Source: the human T2T-CHM13v2.0 reference genome, Homo sapiens
NCBI RefSeq assembly: GCF_009914755.1
Contig: NC_060925.1
Length of the DNA: 64,000 nt
Direction: 5' to 3' (one strand)
In this document: positions 1-14,845 of the stretch, piece by piece
Position numbering within the stretch: the stretch's first letter is position 1
Layout of the letters: the number at the start of each line of letters is the position of its first letter
The notes under the pieces: model-generated
What the model was told of the DNA's origin: nothing
Databases searched by the model: none
Seen by the model: the letters and a program-made list of their open reading frames with translations, nothing else
Program-made: the position numbers and the translations under genes

Positions 1-1520
1 CATCTTTGAATTGATGCCAACTCTGTGGTCCTTGGGCTCGGAATTTGCTCTTTCACCCTGGGTTAGCCTGACTTTGTAGCTAGGCCCCTGACTTCCTTGT
101 GTATTTAGAGCTGAAATAATTTATGTCTCTTTGGAAGCACATCATCATGTCATTAAAAGTAACAGCTGGCTGTTTTGATGATCTTGGCTGTTATTAGGAT
201 AATTGATCTCATTTTTTTAAAGCCACCCTCATTCCCATGATTGGCTGATATAGGTAAAGATATTGCCTTTCAAGCATTTTCCCTTTATACTATTGATGTC
301 CTTGAAGGCTCTGTGAAGCACACAAAAAAGTGTGGCATTAGATTCAGTCTTGCTTGGACTTGAAAAGTGGCTCCTGAAATAACTAGCCTCCTGGCTGGAT
401 GCCATCAGAACACTTGGGCACCAGCTGGTAGGAGGCTTTGAGGGAGGGAAAGGAATATAAGAAATATATGTAGCCCCTTAAGACTTGGAAACGTGAAGTT
501 ATTGCCAACAGGAAAGCAGAATTGCTGTGAAGTTATACACAGCATACTAATGAAGACCAAAGCAGGAACTCTGTTTCTAAGAGATAATGTTTAAATTCAT
601 GGAAATGCATAGACTATTACTCCAACAGAGTCACAGGTCAGAGGACACTGAACCAGCTAAAGCAGGGAGAGAGAAGGACATTTTTCTTATACCCACGTTA
701 TTGGTTAGCTTTGGGGATGCAAAAGAATATTTGGGCCTGTAACCTGTTCAAAAGCTGGTTTATCAATTAGCTGATAGTCCTCTCCAGTTAAATTACAAAG
801 CATAGCCCAGGTTATTGAGTGGCTAAAGTCATCAAAGGTAATGAGCAGTACAACCCTGGCTTCTTTAGGAATGAACACAACTTGCTACACCATTTTTAGA
901 AGCACCTGGACTTCAGGGCAGAGGAAAAGTTATTAAAGAAAGATTTGCTCTGCTTCATACTTCAATTTCAGGCTTTATAATTGTTAATCCTGATTTAGTA
1001 TTTCCTTCTAGTGAAGGGCCTGCAATATGGTACTAGAGAGCATTTCAAGTTAAATGCTACTGTAAGGTGATTTTGCAGAACTTACGTTAAGTTCAAAACC
1101 TTCAGGGCTTCATAAAAATAGGAAGAGAGGGAATTTGTCCAAACACAGCTGTGGTGATAGAAAAGGATTACTTACTGAAATGTTTTAGTTAGTTGTGTGA
1201 GAATTGAGAGTTGTGGGGACTGGTTTCGTGATGATATGTGTATATCTCCTATATGGCATAATTTCCTTAGTGGGATCTGGGGCAGCCCCATGATCAAATA
1301 TATGTAAGCAGAATCTATGAATCATCTAAGTTGGATAAAGACTATAAATAGTCTCTCGTTAGTTTAGGAGAGGTCAAGTTTTATTGTCAAACTGAGAAAA
1401 AAGTTTGGGCTTTTAGAGCTTTTTGGATTTCAGAGTTGTGGACAAAAGATTATAGACCTGTGTTCCAGAAAAAAATCTTATTGGCTATTCATTCACGACA
1501 AAAAATGTTCAGCCACTTAG

Positions 1521-1842
<322 letters not shown>

Positions 1843-2030
1843 TTGAACTTGCTTTCAAATATATATGGTGGTGTGTTAATGCTGCTTTGTCAGCTGTGGA
1901 AATAAAACCAACTAAAATAAAGCTGTAAACTCAGAAGTTGAACAAATTTGGATACTAGGTTTGTGGTCTATTATAAAATAGCACACAATATCCTCATTTA
2001 TCAGAAGGCAGTCCAAACTATCTAGACATC

Positions 2031-2384
2031 TGTATTAGTCCATTTTCACACTGCTGATAAAGGCGTACAAGACTGGACAATTTACAGAAGAAAGAGAGGT
2101 TTAATGGACTTACAGTTCCATGTGGCTGGGGAAGCCTCACAATCATGGCAGAAGGCAAGGAGGAGCAAGTCACGTCTTACACGGATGGTAGCAGGCAAAG
2201 AGAAAGCTTGTACAGGGAAACTCCCCCTTATATAACCATCAGATCTCGTAAGACTTATTCACTCTTATAAGAACAGCACAGGAAAGACCTGCCCCCATGA
2301 TTCAATTACCCTCACCAGGTCCCCTCTCACAACACGCGGGAATTCAAGACGAGATTTGGGTGGGGACACAGCCAAACCATATCA
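2031..2384 (-). mobile_element. THE1-type MaLR solo LTR
   Basis: tgtattagtc...gccaaaccatatca termini; 5-bp TSD acatc/acatg. Confidence 0.9.
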
Positions 2385-2748
2385 ACATGTTAGCATTATA
2401 CATGTTATAAACTACCATATATAAACATACTTATATTGAGATCTGACAAAACATCCAAGTATCTAGGTCAATTTCTAAGCATCAAGACTATAGAAAACAA
2501 AAAGCATTAAAATATCAGAGCTGAATAGTCATGATACCATGTCTGGTAGTGCAGTGGGTGGAGATGATGAGATCAAGCAAATATGGTTTGTAGGTTTTTG
2601 GTTTATGGAACTTTGTGTGCTGTGATACCACACTTTTTCACTAGGAGTTGTTCATACCAGGCTTATGTGTTGTTGATGCTCTCTTTGGTCTAGACCTGCC
2701 AGTGGGGAGCTAACTTACCCTTGCTCTTGGGCTGTACAAGGTGAAGTA

Positions 2749-2962
2749 CGGTAAGTCTTCACTTAACGTCATTGGCAGGTTTTTGAAAACTGCATCTTTA
2801 AGCAAAATGATGCATAGCAGGCCCTCAAATAATGTCATTTCCTTCAACAGAATTTCATTATAATGTTGATTAGAAAGAAAATACTGGTTTTGTTACATAT
2901 TGTCTCAGTCAAAGTTGCAATTTCTGAGAACCTGTCAACGATGTTACAAGAGGACTTTGTTG
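2749..2962. mobile_element. MER6B-like TcMar-Tigger MITE
   Basis: Degenerate TIRs cggtaagtcttcacttaacgtc / gatgttacaagaggacttt; ~210 bp. Confidence 0.65.
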
Positions 2963-2991
2963 TGTAGGCTTCTCTGTTGGATATCTGAGCA

Positions 2992-3222
2992 TTATCTTGG
3001 CTTACTGCAGCCTCCACCTCCTGGGTTTGAGCGATTATCCTGTCTCACTCTCCCCAGTAGCTGGGGCTACAGGCGTGTGCCATCACGCCTGGCTAATTTT
3101 TATATTTTTAAAGTAGAGTTGGGGTTTCACCATGTTGGCCAGGCTGGTCTTGAACTCCTGACCTCAAGTGATCTGCTCACCCCAGGCCCCCACAGTGCTG
3201 GCGTGAGCCACTGCACTGGGCC
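2992..3222 (-). mobile_element. Alu (S-type), lacking its 3' tail portion
   Basis: Antisense Alu motifs (caggctggtcttgaactcctgacctcaagtgat); explains ORF 2900..3256. Confidence 0.85.
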
Positions 3223-3758
3223 AACCCAAGACATTTCTAACAAAAATTTTACCTAGGAGTGATTGAACACTTTTTGTTTGAGACTGAAATTGCTCACCAG
3301 ACAGGTTTCTTCTCTGACAGAGTTGGTGTAAGAGCAGAGACAAAATCTGCGGGCTTGCAGCCCTTTATCACAGAGAGTGACTTCTACTCAACCTGTGACC
3401 TCTCTGCATCAGTGTGGCATGTTTCTCACAGCCATCTCTTAACCGGTTGATTGAAATGAGCTATGGAAAGAATGATATGTTTCAGAGATGTTGAATGGGG
3501 GGTACATGTTCAAGAAATTCATACGCCTTCCCTCTCACTCCTCAGCTCATACATGGGAAGTGGAAGTTACGTGGCAGGTGTTTAGGAACAGCTGCCTTCA
3601 GCTTACTTGTTTACCTTCTGTCCCTGCCACCTTTCTTTATTTGGTTTCTTACAAAAGATCATGTTCTTAAACTATGCATTGTAAACCAGCAATAGTTCAC
3701 AGGTGCCAGACCTACACTCGAGATACCCTAGGGCCATTCAGAGGATATTGATGACTGA

Positions 3759-3899
<141 letters not shown>

Positions 3900-6215
3900 T
3901 AAGGGAGAAAAAACAGACAAGGCTGGGGTAAGGGCTGTGGGTGAGTCCCCTAATGTAGGGAGAAGATAATATTAGCCATTATCAAAGTTAAATAAATTAC
4001 CTGTATTTGCTCCATTTTATTCTTGAGTATTTTTAACTGAGGCCAGTACAATAAGAAAAACTTTAAACCTGCTTTTGAAGCTTTTAAAATAACTTTTTTC
4101 TAATTATGAAAATAAATATTTTCATATATAGCTAGTATAAATGCATATATCCTGAGGTAATACATGCTGCTGGTTCTAAATTTGAAAGATACATAAATAT
4201 ATGGAGTGAAAAGTGAATATCCTTTCCTTTCCTAGTCTCTAGTTATCCAGCTCCCTTTCCTGATACAACCACTATTACCAGTTTGGGGGTCCTGACAGAT
4301 GCGATACAGATATAGGCATGTGTGTATGTGTGTGTTTGTGTTCCTTACATACATGCAAAGGCACATAAGTGTATATGGAGAGAGAAGCAAATATCCTTAT
4401 ACATACGTTTTTACACAGTGTATCTGTAGGATACATTTCTACAAGTTAAATTGCTGAATCAAAGGGTATATGCGTTGTTAATTTTTATCTTTAGTGTCAA
4501 ATTACCCTCATTTGCGACTGGACTCATTTATACTCCCTTCAGCAAGCAATGTACAATAGTCCTGGTTTCACGACACCCTCACTAGCACTGTGTATTATTA
4601 AACTGTTTGACCTTTTCCAGTTTGACAGGTGGTACCTCACTGTAGTTTTAATTTGTATTTTTCTTACTACTAATGTAATTGAGCATCTTTCTTCAGTTTT
4701 AGAGCCATTTATATTTCATTTTCTATGATTTATGTCTTCTGTCCTTTTTTTCTATTGGACTTTGGCTTTTTAAAATTGAGTCCTTTACTGAGGAAATCAG
4801 GCCCCTCTCAATAATAAGTAGCAGCTCCTGTCCTCCAGTTTGTTTGACATTTGACTTTCTTTATGGTGGTGATGGTGGTAGTGTTGTGTTATTGTTAGTT
4901 TGTGTGTGCGTTTTAATGGTGTAGGAGAATTTTTCTTAAATGTTGTGTGGTTGAATTTACAGATTCTATTTTTTTGTTGTGGGAGGGGGAGACTACACTT
5001 ACAGAGCCACTCCTCAGTTGAAGAGAAGAAAAAAATGGAAAAATGGCCTTTTCCTCCGTAGTACTTTACAGTTTCATTAAATGTTTCATTGTTGTGGGAA
5101 TCAGACCACAGGTCCAGAATTTTTGAACTTTTCAAAAAAATCGTTTTCTAAAATACTTGCAAGCAGGAAGAACGTAGAGAGCCACTACCAGCCTGAAGCT
5201 AGATGACCACCCTACCTCATTCTTAACACATCACTTTCACTGGGTTCTTTTTTATATGTCTTTTTAGAAATTGTTTTGTGAATCTGCAGTAAACAAATTA
5301 TAATTTGAAAAGGAATTCAGATACACATTTTGAAAATGAGAGCAGTAACAAGATAAGGAATATATCTGAAATGAGATTCGTATATACATCTGGAGAGAGT
5401 CACGGTATTGTTCAGATTAGAAATAAGAGGGATTAACAGGAGGGTTAAGCATTAAGGATAGGTTTTGTTGAGTTTCTAAGTTTTCGAATGTGTGGCATAC
5501 ATTATGATTATATGGAACTAATGTCCCTCACGGTGCATCTTGTATTTATTTTGGAGTGAGAAATAGAATCGAGAGCTAACTTTTTTCCTTTAAAGTTTAG
5601 TTTTCCTACCACCATCTATTAAACATCCTGTTATTTCACAGTGATAGGAATGATGTGGAGCATTATCCTTATCATCCAAAATTCTGGAGTGCATTTGGAT
5701 CTAGTGTTTTCTATCAATCTGTCTGCTGATGTGGCACTACTGCACCATTTACCACAACATTAGAATATGTCTGAGTAACTGGTTGGCTTAGATTTTTTGC
5801 ATTGAGTCCCACCCCATTTTCCAGAACTTTCATGGCTATTCTTATATGTTTGTTTTCCGTAAGATCTTTAGGATCAATTTGTCTAGTTCTAAAGAGGAAA
5901 TTCTGATATTATTGATTTAGTAACTTTCCATGAAAAAAACCTACCATCACAGGAAAGATGCACATTAATTACAGGTTGCATTCTGATTTCAGAGAATTAA
6001 TTGTGAAAACATACATATCTTAGAATCAAGAAATATAATGATAAAAAAGAAGATCCATTATCTGGAACTTAAAATGTGGACTGAACAGCACAGAATGACA
6101 TAGGATTTGTACCTTTACTACCTAATCTAAGCTCATGCTGTTTTTCGCAATGATGGATACTGTTGGTTCATATACCTACCATGTGTATGAAAGGATGTGA
6201 AAGGCAGGGACATTC

Positions 6216-6343
6216 TTATTTATTTATTTTTGAGACAGAGTCTTGTTCTGTCATCAGGGCTGGAGTGCAGTGGCATAATCACAGCTCAACTGCAACCTTG
6301 AGCTCCTAGGCTCAGGCAGTCGTCCTGTCTCAGCCTCCTGAGT
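6216..6343 (-). mobile_element. AluJ right-arm fragment
   Basis: ttttgagacagagtctt...ggagtgcagtggc...cagcctcctgagt. Confidence 0.8.
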
Positions 6344-6652
6344 GTTACTTATTTATTTTTAATTTTTATTGAAGAAAGGAAGAAAGAATACCCCTTCAGC
6401 TCCTCCTCAGTGGAAATACTAGTTCCTAGGTGAACTTTCAGTCAGCTTTTGTTTTGTTTCAATATGCACAGTATTACACTTGAGAAAGGGGTGCTGGGGT
6501 TGTGCCTTATAAGGAAGACACTTCTTCCCAGAGAGCTTGATGTATATCTTATCTGAAGAGGTCTTAGAAAAGGGTGCATTCTAATCAGGAAGTTAGACTA
6601 ATCTTGGACACACTCTCAGAAATAAAGACGTTCTTTCTTTTTTCCCTGACAG

Positions 6653-6712
6653 GCAGCCTTGTTTGCACTCCAAAATCTTTTTGAGGAGAAATATGCTCCC
6701 CGGCCTATCTTT
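6653..6712 (+). CDS. MTR: MTR exon 7 (60 nt), [20 protein letters not shown]
   Basis: ccctgacag|GCAGCC ... ATCTTT|gtaagt; phase 0-0. Confidence 0.96.
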
Positions 6713-7455
6713 GTAAGTTCTAAAGTGTTTGCACAATACATTCTTTTATTAATAATTGTCCTTTTGAGCATGTTTTTCCCCCGCTTTGCATAGTAGAACT
6801 ATTAATGGTATCTTTAGAACTCATCTACTTTAACTTCCATTGTTCACTTCCCTTCCACCACTTCTGGACCAATAACAGTCTTATATCTGGAGAGGCAAGG
6901 AAAATGAATCTAGAAGTAGCTGATGGAAGGCAAACTGTTCAAAAGAAGCCCACTGTATTGGTCCTTGAAGCCAAAGGCTTCAAGGCTCAGTCTCATTAGG
7001 GCCCAAGGAGGGGTGGACTTGCATGCTGATGGCCACATACCCAACACCTAAGACACCAGACTGCCAATTTATTAACTCAGTAGGCAGACCTCTCTGCGAG
7101 TCCTAAAATTGCTTGGTGAGAAGCGAATTGAATCAAAACAAGGGTGTTAGATAAATCCAATGTTTAACAGCAGGAGGTCAGGATGACTTGATGTTATCTC
7201 TGGGAAATCTGCCTCTAATGAGACTGGATGTGTGAATTCCAAAGTTGTTTTGGTCATTGCTTTTGCTACAGTGACTTTCCCTTGTCTCTGTTTCTGTGGC
7301 TTCCTGCCTCTTTCCCTAGTCTCTTGGCACATGTCTGTTCTGACTATTATAGAAAGTGCCCCCTTTGAATTTGAGTTCCACATTTCTTTTCCTTGTAAAA
7401 GAGCAAAGGAAGTCAGTGTGTTCATTTTATTTTGCCTTTATATCTATATTCTTAA

Positions 7456-7593
<138 letters not shown>

Positions 7594-7977
7594 TGAGTGA
7601 TCCATCTTTCTGTAACTTCTTTTCTTTTTTGGGGAACCTTTTCTGATGGCTGTGGAGTGTGACCTGGGAGGGGATTGCTTCTACATATTTTCACTGTACC
7701 ACTTCTGCTATATTGACTTTCCTTTAAGTACTTTCAGACTTTTCCCTAAAGGTTTCAGAAGATCGCTGCCTAAACGGGTCAATTTGAGGGACTGGGAGAG
7801 TTCTCATACTTACAAATGGTTGCCTGTTTTCTGTAGGCGTGCCCCTTATAGTTTGCAGTGCTTTGCAAATTTTAGGGCAGTGACACTCCCTATTTATGAG
7901 GCAACCAGAAGCAATCTGTCATGGAATAAGGTGGGAATTCTAAAGCTCAGGTTTTTATCTGTAAAGTGAACATGGCA

Positions 7978-8140
7978 GTTGGCATGGTGGTGTGGGCCTG
8001 TAGTCCCAGCTACTTGGGAGGTGGAAGCAGGAGAGGATCTCTTAAGGCCAGGTGTTGGAGGCTGTAGTATACTATGATAGCTCCTATGAATAACCACTGT
8101 ATTTCAGCTTGGCCAACATAGCAGGATCTGTCTCTAAAGA
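7978..8140 (+). mobile_element. FAM (fossil Alu monomer)
   Basis: Monomer retaining the 7SL-like segment ctatgatagctcctatgaataaccactg. Confidence 0.7.
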
Positions 8141-8511
8141 ATTAAATTAACATGACTTTTACAATCTGCTTAAAAATAACTCCCTATTTATATTTTATTT
8201 TTCATATCCAAATGTTTTAAATTGTGTACTTTGAGTGACATGGAAGAGTATCTGAGTATATATGCTGTTTTTTGCCTGGACTTTTTTTATTTCTGGGCTT
8301 TTTTCTTCTATTCCTACTGCCTGGAAGCTATGCTGGTCCCCTTCCCCCTTTCCCCCCTTTCCCTCCTCCATACCTGTTCACTCTGCTGACTTCTTCTTAG
8401 CCTTTAAGACTCATCTCAAGAATCTTCCCTCCAGAGAACATTCCCTCTCTCACTAGCGCAGGTCGATGTTCTTCGTTTACTTTTATTTTAGCTTTTGCCA
8501 TAAAAAGTAAG

Positions 8512-8730
8512 AGTAATAGACATTTGTTGAGAGTTTGCTGTGTGCCAGGCTCTGTTCTAAGTGCTTTATGTGAATTCTTTAATTCTGGCAATAACACCTT
8601 GAGGGTAGGTACTGGTATTAATGTCCCCATTTTAACAAGAAGGGTACTGAGACTCAGAGGTTGTAACTCGCCCAAGGTGAAGTAAATAGAGGATCTGGGG
8701 ACAGGAGCATGCTTTTAACCCCTGTGTTAG
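8512..8730 (-). mobile_element. MIR SINE
   Basis: tgtgccaggctctgttctaagtgcttt...gtccccatttt...gagactcagagg. Confidence 0.7.
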
Positions 8731-9189
8731 ATCACATTTTATCAATTATGTGATGTTCTTTTTTTTCACACTTAAATGTTTATAATTACAGGGTGCATCT
8801 TACAGTTGACTTAATGTCATATTGTGATTTCTTAAAAGGTGCTATTAATTTTAAGTGCATTAATAGACATTTGATTGGGCCTGACGACTAAGAAAATCAT
8901 TGTCTTGAACTGGGTTGTGATGACCTCCTTTACAGCTTATGAGTTTTTCCTGAGCAGTCTCTTCATCTTTATTTCTGTAGTGTTTAGTGGAATTCTTGGC
9001 ACATAGTAGGGATGTCATAAACGTTTAACAAAAAAACTGAGGGTAGGAAATGTAGAGGTCTCTGAAGACAAACTTTATCTAGTTTATTTAAATTTTTGTG
9101 CCTATCTGTGAGTATTTGGAGCATTCCTCCCTTCGCTTTCTCTTTTCCCGCCCCTTTGCTAAGTCTGAATTTGTTATGTGGTTAAGTAA

Positions 9190-9362
9190 ATGACACTGTA
9201 ATGGATATATGTTACTCATGATGTATTTGTCAAAACCCACAAAATATACAAAACCAAGAATGAACCCTAATGTAAACCATAGACTTTAGTTACTAATCAT
9301 GTATTGCTATTGGTTCACATTCTAATAGGTGTACCACACCAGTGTGAGATCTTAATAATAAT
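9190..9362 (+). mobile_element. L1MC-type 3'-end fragment (left arm of inverted duplication)
   Basis: tttgtcaaaaccca...gaaccctaatgtaaac...gtaccacac L1MC 3' UTR motifs. Confidence 0.75.
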
Positions 9363-10607
9363 GATATAGTCTTTCCTAGCGATTAGGTAAAACCTCTGTG
9401 TTGTCCTGGGTGTCACTGGAGTCTTTAGTTTGCTGACAGTTCTCAAGGGCCCCTTAGAGGACGTTCTTCCTGCCACTGCCTCACCTCCAGGAGCCCCAAG
9501 ATGAGGTTTTATCGAGGTCTAAATAATTTATGTTTTTATTTCTTAAGCAAACATTCAGTTCTGACTTTTGATCCACTCAGTGGTTAATTAAAAATTTTTA
9601 AAAATAATCCTTTCTATGACTTCAGCTACAGTCCATTCACAGAGAGAATGTATTTGCTCTCTATTTCGTTACGAATCTTACAGACTGTAGGGGCAGATAG
9701 AAGGCAGCAAATAATATGTGAAAAGGATACATTTTCTTACATATATGTAGGAAACTTTTGCTTACTGACTTGTGATTATCACGAACTATAGAACAGTGGG
9801 ATAGAGCCTTTATATTACTGGTAATTCATCAAATATTTATTGAAATACTACTATATGTCCTGGAATACAGTCCAATCTGGAATAGTCCACACTAGGAGAA
9901 ATGCATAAGTGAATTAAAATATAAAATACACAGTGCTATACAGAACTATGAATAAAAATCTGGCAATACATAGGAGTAATGGAGTTCTTGTAGAATTTAG
10001 AGACAGCTTGTAAAGAAGGTGACATTTGAGCTAGGTTTTGAAAATGGGAGACAGAGTTTTCTTTTTTTCTTTTGAGATGGAGTCTCAAAATTCTCTCATT
10101 ATCAACAGCTTGCATTGGTGTGGTACACCTATTACAATATGAACCAATATCAATACATTATTAACTGAAGTCTGTAGTTTACCTTAGGGTTCATTCTTGG
10201 TTTTGTATATTCTGTGGGTTTTGACAAATATATCATGAGTAACATATATCCATTACAGCATCATACAGAGTAGTTTCATTGCCCCAAAAGTCCCTTGTGC
10301 TCCAGTTATTTATTCTTTTTCCTGGCCTGCTGGCAACAAATCTTCTCACTGTCCTATAGTTTTGCTGTTTCCAGAATGGTATATAGTTGAGACCACATAG
10401 TATGTAGCCTTTTCACATTGGCTTCTTTCACTTAGTGATCTTCATTTAAGGTTCATTCATGTCTTTGTAGGCTCGATAGCTTATTTCTTTTTAACGCTAA
10501 ATAATATTCCGTTGCGAAGATGTACGGTGGGTTTTTTTCCCATTCATGTATTGAAGACCATCTTGGTTGCTTCGAAGTTGTAGCAATTACAAATAAATCT
10601 CCCATGG

Positions 10608-11653
<1,046 letters not shown>

Positions 11654-12090
11654 GTTTCCGTAAACATTCATGGCAGGTTTTTGTGTAGACATAAGTTTTA
11701 ATTCATTTGGGTAAATAGCAAGGAGGGGATTGCTGTATCTTATGGTAAGACTGTGTATCTTGTGAGAAACTGCCAAACTATCCTCCAAAGCTGCTGTTCC
11801 ATTTTGCATTCCTACCAGCAGTGAAGGAGAGTTCCTGTTGTTCCGCATCCTTCCCAACATTTGTTTGGTGGTGTCAGTTTCAGATTTTAGCCATTCTAAT
11901 AGGTGTATAGTGGTATCTTGTTGTATTTGCAATTCCTTAAAAACATGATAATTTTGAGCATCTTTTCATATGCTTACTTGCTATCTGTATATCTTCTTTG
12001 GTGAGGAGGCTGGTCAGCTCTTTAGACAGTTTTTAAAATTGCGTTTGTTGTTGAATTTTAAGAATTCTTTGTATATTTTGGATGCAAGTC

Positions 12091-12510
12091 TGTCATATTC
12101 TACTTTCTATCGCTATAACAGAATACCTGAGATGGTAATTTATAAAGAAAAGAGATTTATTTAGCTCACAGTTCTGGAGGCGGGGAACTTCAAGATTGAG
12201 TAGCCACATCTGGCAAGGGCCTTGTGCTGCTTCGTAGCATGGCAGAAAAGTGAAAGGGCACGTTAGCATGTGTGAAAGAGAGGGGACAAGAGACTGTTTT
12301 GCTTTATAACGACCCGTTCTTGAAAGAACTAATTTATTCCCTTGAGAACTAATTCAGTCTCCAGGGAACTAACACAGTCTCTGGAGAAAGACAGTAATCC
12401 ATCTTAATGATCTGATCATCTGTAAAGGCCCCACCTTCCAACGCTGTTTCATTGGCATTTAAATTTCAACATGAATTTTGGCATGGACAAACCACATCCA
12501 AGCTATAGCA
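12091..12510 (-). mobile_element. MST/MLT1A-type MaLR solo LTR
   Basis: tgtc...aatttataaagaaaagagatttatttagctcacagttctggagg...atagca; splits the L1 motif aagtc/ctttatcag. Confidence 0.8.
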
Positions 12511-13352
12511 AATCCTTTATCAGATAATGTGTTTTGCAAATATTTTCTCCCAGCCTGTGGTTTGTCTTCTCATGTACTTAATACTGTCTTTTGCTGAACA
12601 GTTTTAAATCTTAGTGAAGTTCTAGTTACCAGTTTTTTTTCTTTCATGGACCCTGCCTTTGTTGTTTTACCTAAAAACTCATTGCCAAACCCACGATCAT
12701 CTAAATTTTTTCTGTGTTATTTACAAAATTTTAATCGTTTTGCAATTTATATATAGGTCTGTGTTCCATTTTGAGTTAGTTTTTGTGAAAGATGTAATGT
12801 CTGTCTAAATTAACTTTTTCAAATGCAGATGCCCAGTTGTTCCAGCACCATTTATTGGAAAGAATATCTGTTCTCCATTGGATTGCCTGTGTTTCTGTCA
12901 AAGATTAGTTGAATGTATTTGTGTGGTTCTATTTCTGGACTCTATTCTGTTTCATTAATCTATTTGTCTCTTCTTACACCAATTCCACATTGTCTTGATT
13001 GCTTTAGCTTTTTAGTAAGTCTTGGAGTTGGGTAGGTCAGTCCTTCAACTTTTGTTTTTTCTCTCATTATTGTGTTGGCTGTTCTGGGTCTTTTGTCTCG
13101 CCATATAAACTTTAGAATCAGTTCGTTGATATTCACAAAGTAACTGCTGGGATTTTCATTGGGATTCTGTTGAATATAGATCAAGGGTGAGAAATGATAT
13201 CTTAACAATATTGTCTTCCTCTTCATAAACTTGAAATATGTTTTCATTTATTTAGATCCACTTTGATATCTTAAATTGGAATTTTATAGTTTTTTTCATA
13301 TAGATCCAAATATTTCATTTGTTTTGGTGCTAGTGTAAATGGTTTTGTGGGG

Positions 13353-13658
13353 TTTTTTTTGTTTTTTTTTTTTTTTGAGACAGCATCTTGCTGTGTCACT
13401 CAGGCTGGAGTGCTGTGGTATGATCATGGCTCACTGCAGCCTCAACCTCCCAGGCTTAATTGATCCTTCTACCTCAGCCTCCTAAGTAGCTGGGACTACA
13501 GGTGTGCGCCACCATGCCTGGTTAATTTTTTTATTTTTTGCAGAGGTAGGGTTTTACTGTGTTGCTCAGGTTGGTCTCAAACTCCTGGGCTCAGGTGATC
13601 CACCTGCCTTGGCCTCCCAAAATGCTGAGATTACAGGCATGAGCCACTGTGCCTGTCC
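13353..13658 (-). mobile_element. AluJ
   Basis: Full dimer with poly-T; J-type gatcatggctcactgcagcctcaacc. Confidence 0.9.
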
Positions 13659-14245
13659 TGTGTTTTTAATTTCAAATTTTGATTGCTCATATCTGGTATA
13701 TAAGTAAACAATTGAGTTTTGTATAGTTACCTTGTATTTTGAAACCTTGGTATAATTGCTTGTTAGTTCAAGGAGTTTTTAGTGATTCTCTGGGATTTTC
13801 TACATAAACAATCATGTCATTTGTGAAGAAAGACAGTTTTATTTCTTCCTTTCCAATCCGTATGTGTACCTTTTACTTTCTATCTTTTCTTATTGCATAG
13901 GGACTTCAAATACAATATTGAATAAGAGATGAGAGTGGATATCCTTGCCTTGTTCCTCATCTTAGCATTAAAGCATCTAGTTTCACATGATTAAGCATGA
14001 TACTAGCTGGAAGTTTTTTGTAGATACTCTTTATCAAGTCAAGGAAATTTCCCCCTATTCCTAGTTTGCTGAATTTTTTTAATGAATGAGTATTGGATGT
14101 TTGTTAAATAAACTTAATTTTGGAATCATTTCAGATTTGCAGAAGAGTTGCAAAGATAGTGCAGAGAATTTCTATATATTCTAGTTTTCATGTTAACATA
14201 ATGCATGACTATGGTACTTTTGTAAAAACTAAGAGTATATTACTA

Positions 14246-14473
14246 TAGGTTGAGTATCCCTCATCTGAAATGCTTGGGACCAGAAGTGTTTTTGGATTGC
14301 AGAGTTTTTCGAATTCTGGAATATTTGTACTATACTTACAGTTTAGCATCCTTAATCTGAAATCTAATATGGTCCAGTGAACATTTCTTTTGTGGGTCAT
14401 GTCAGTTCTCAAAAAGTTTCATATTTTGAAGTATTTTGGATTTCCAGTTTTCAGATTAGGGATATTTAACCTA
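14246..14473. mobile_element. Tigger4/Zombi (MER46-type) MITE
   Basis: TIRs taggttgagtatccct / agggatatttaaccta flanked by TA. Confidence 0.8.
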
Positions 14474-14843
14474 TATTAACTAAACTGCAGACTTTATTCA
14501 GATTTCAAGGATTTTCCACTGATAATCTGTTTTCTATTCAAGGATCCAGTCTAGGATGCCACATTGCACTTAGGAATCACAGTAAAAGGAAAAAAGTAAA
14601 ATGTGATAACATTAGAGATCACATAGTCTAGTAGCTTCATAGTTGGTTCATAAATTCTGGAAGACCTCAGGCCCACCACCCACTGACAACCTTATAGGGT
14701 AGCAGGGACTCTGCCTGTGGGGTAGAGCATAAGTCCTGGTCTGGTCTCGTGGACTTCAAGAGTGGCTTCTTGCCACCATTCTGTGTTCTTTCTGCCTCCA
14801 AGATTTCCTTTTCCTTTCTTTTAAATTTTGCTTTCAGGTCAGA

Positions 14844-14845
<2 letters not shown>

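Noticed and set aside
4797-5135. Minus-strand 112-aa ORF with a His run
   Set aside because: The His run comes from a short (TGG)n stretch; non-ATG start and no recognisable domain
10057-10086. 30-nt Alu-like stub (ttttgagatggagtctc) at the edge of the inverted-repeat arm
   Set aside because: Too short to classify and no TSD found; its link to the duplication cannot be shown from sequence alone
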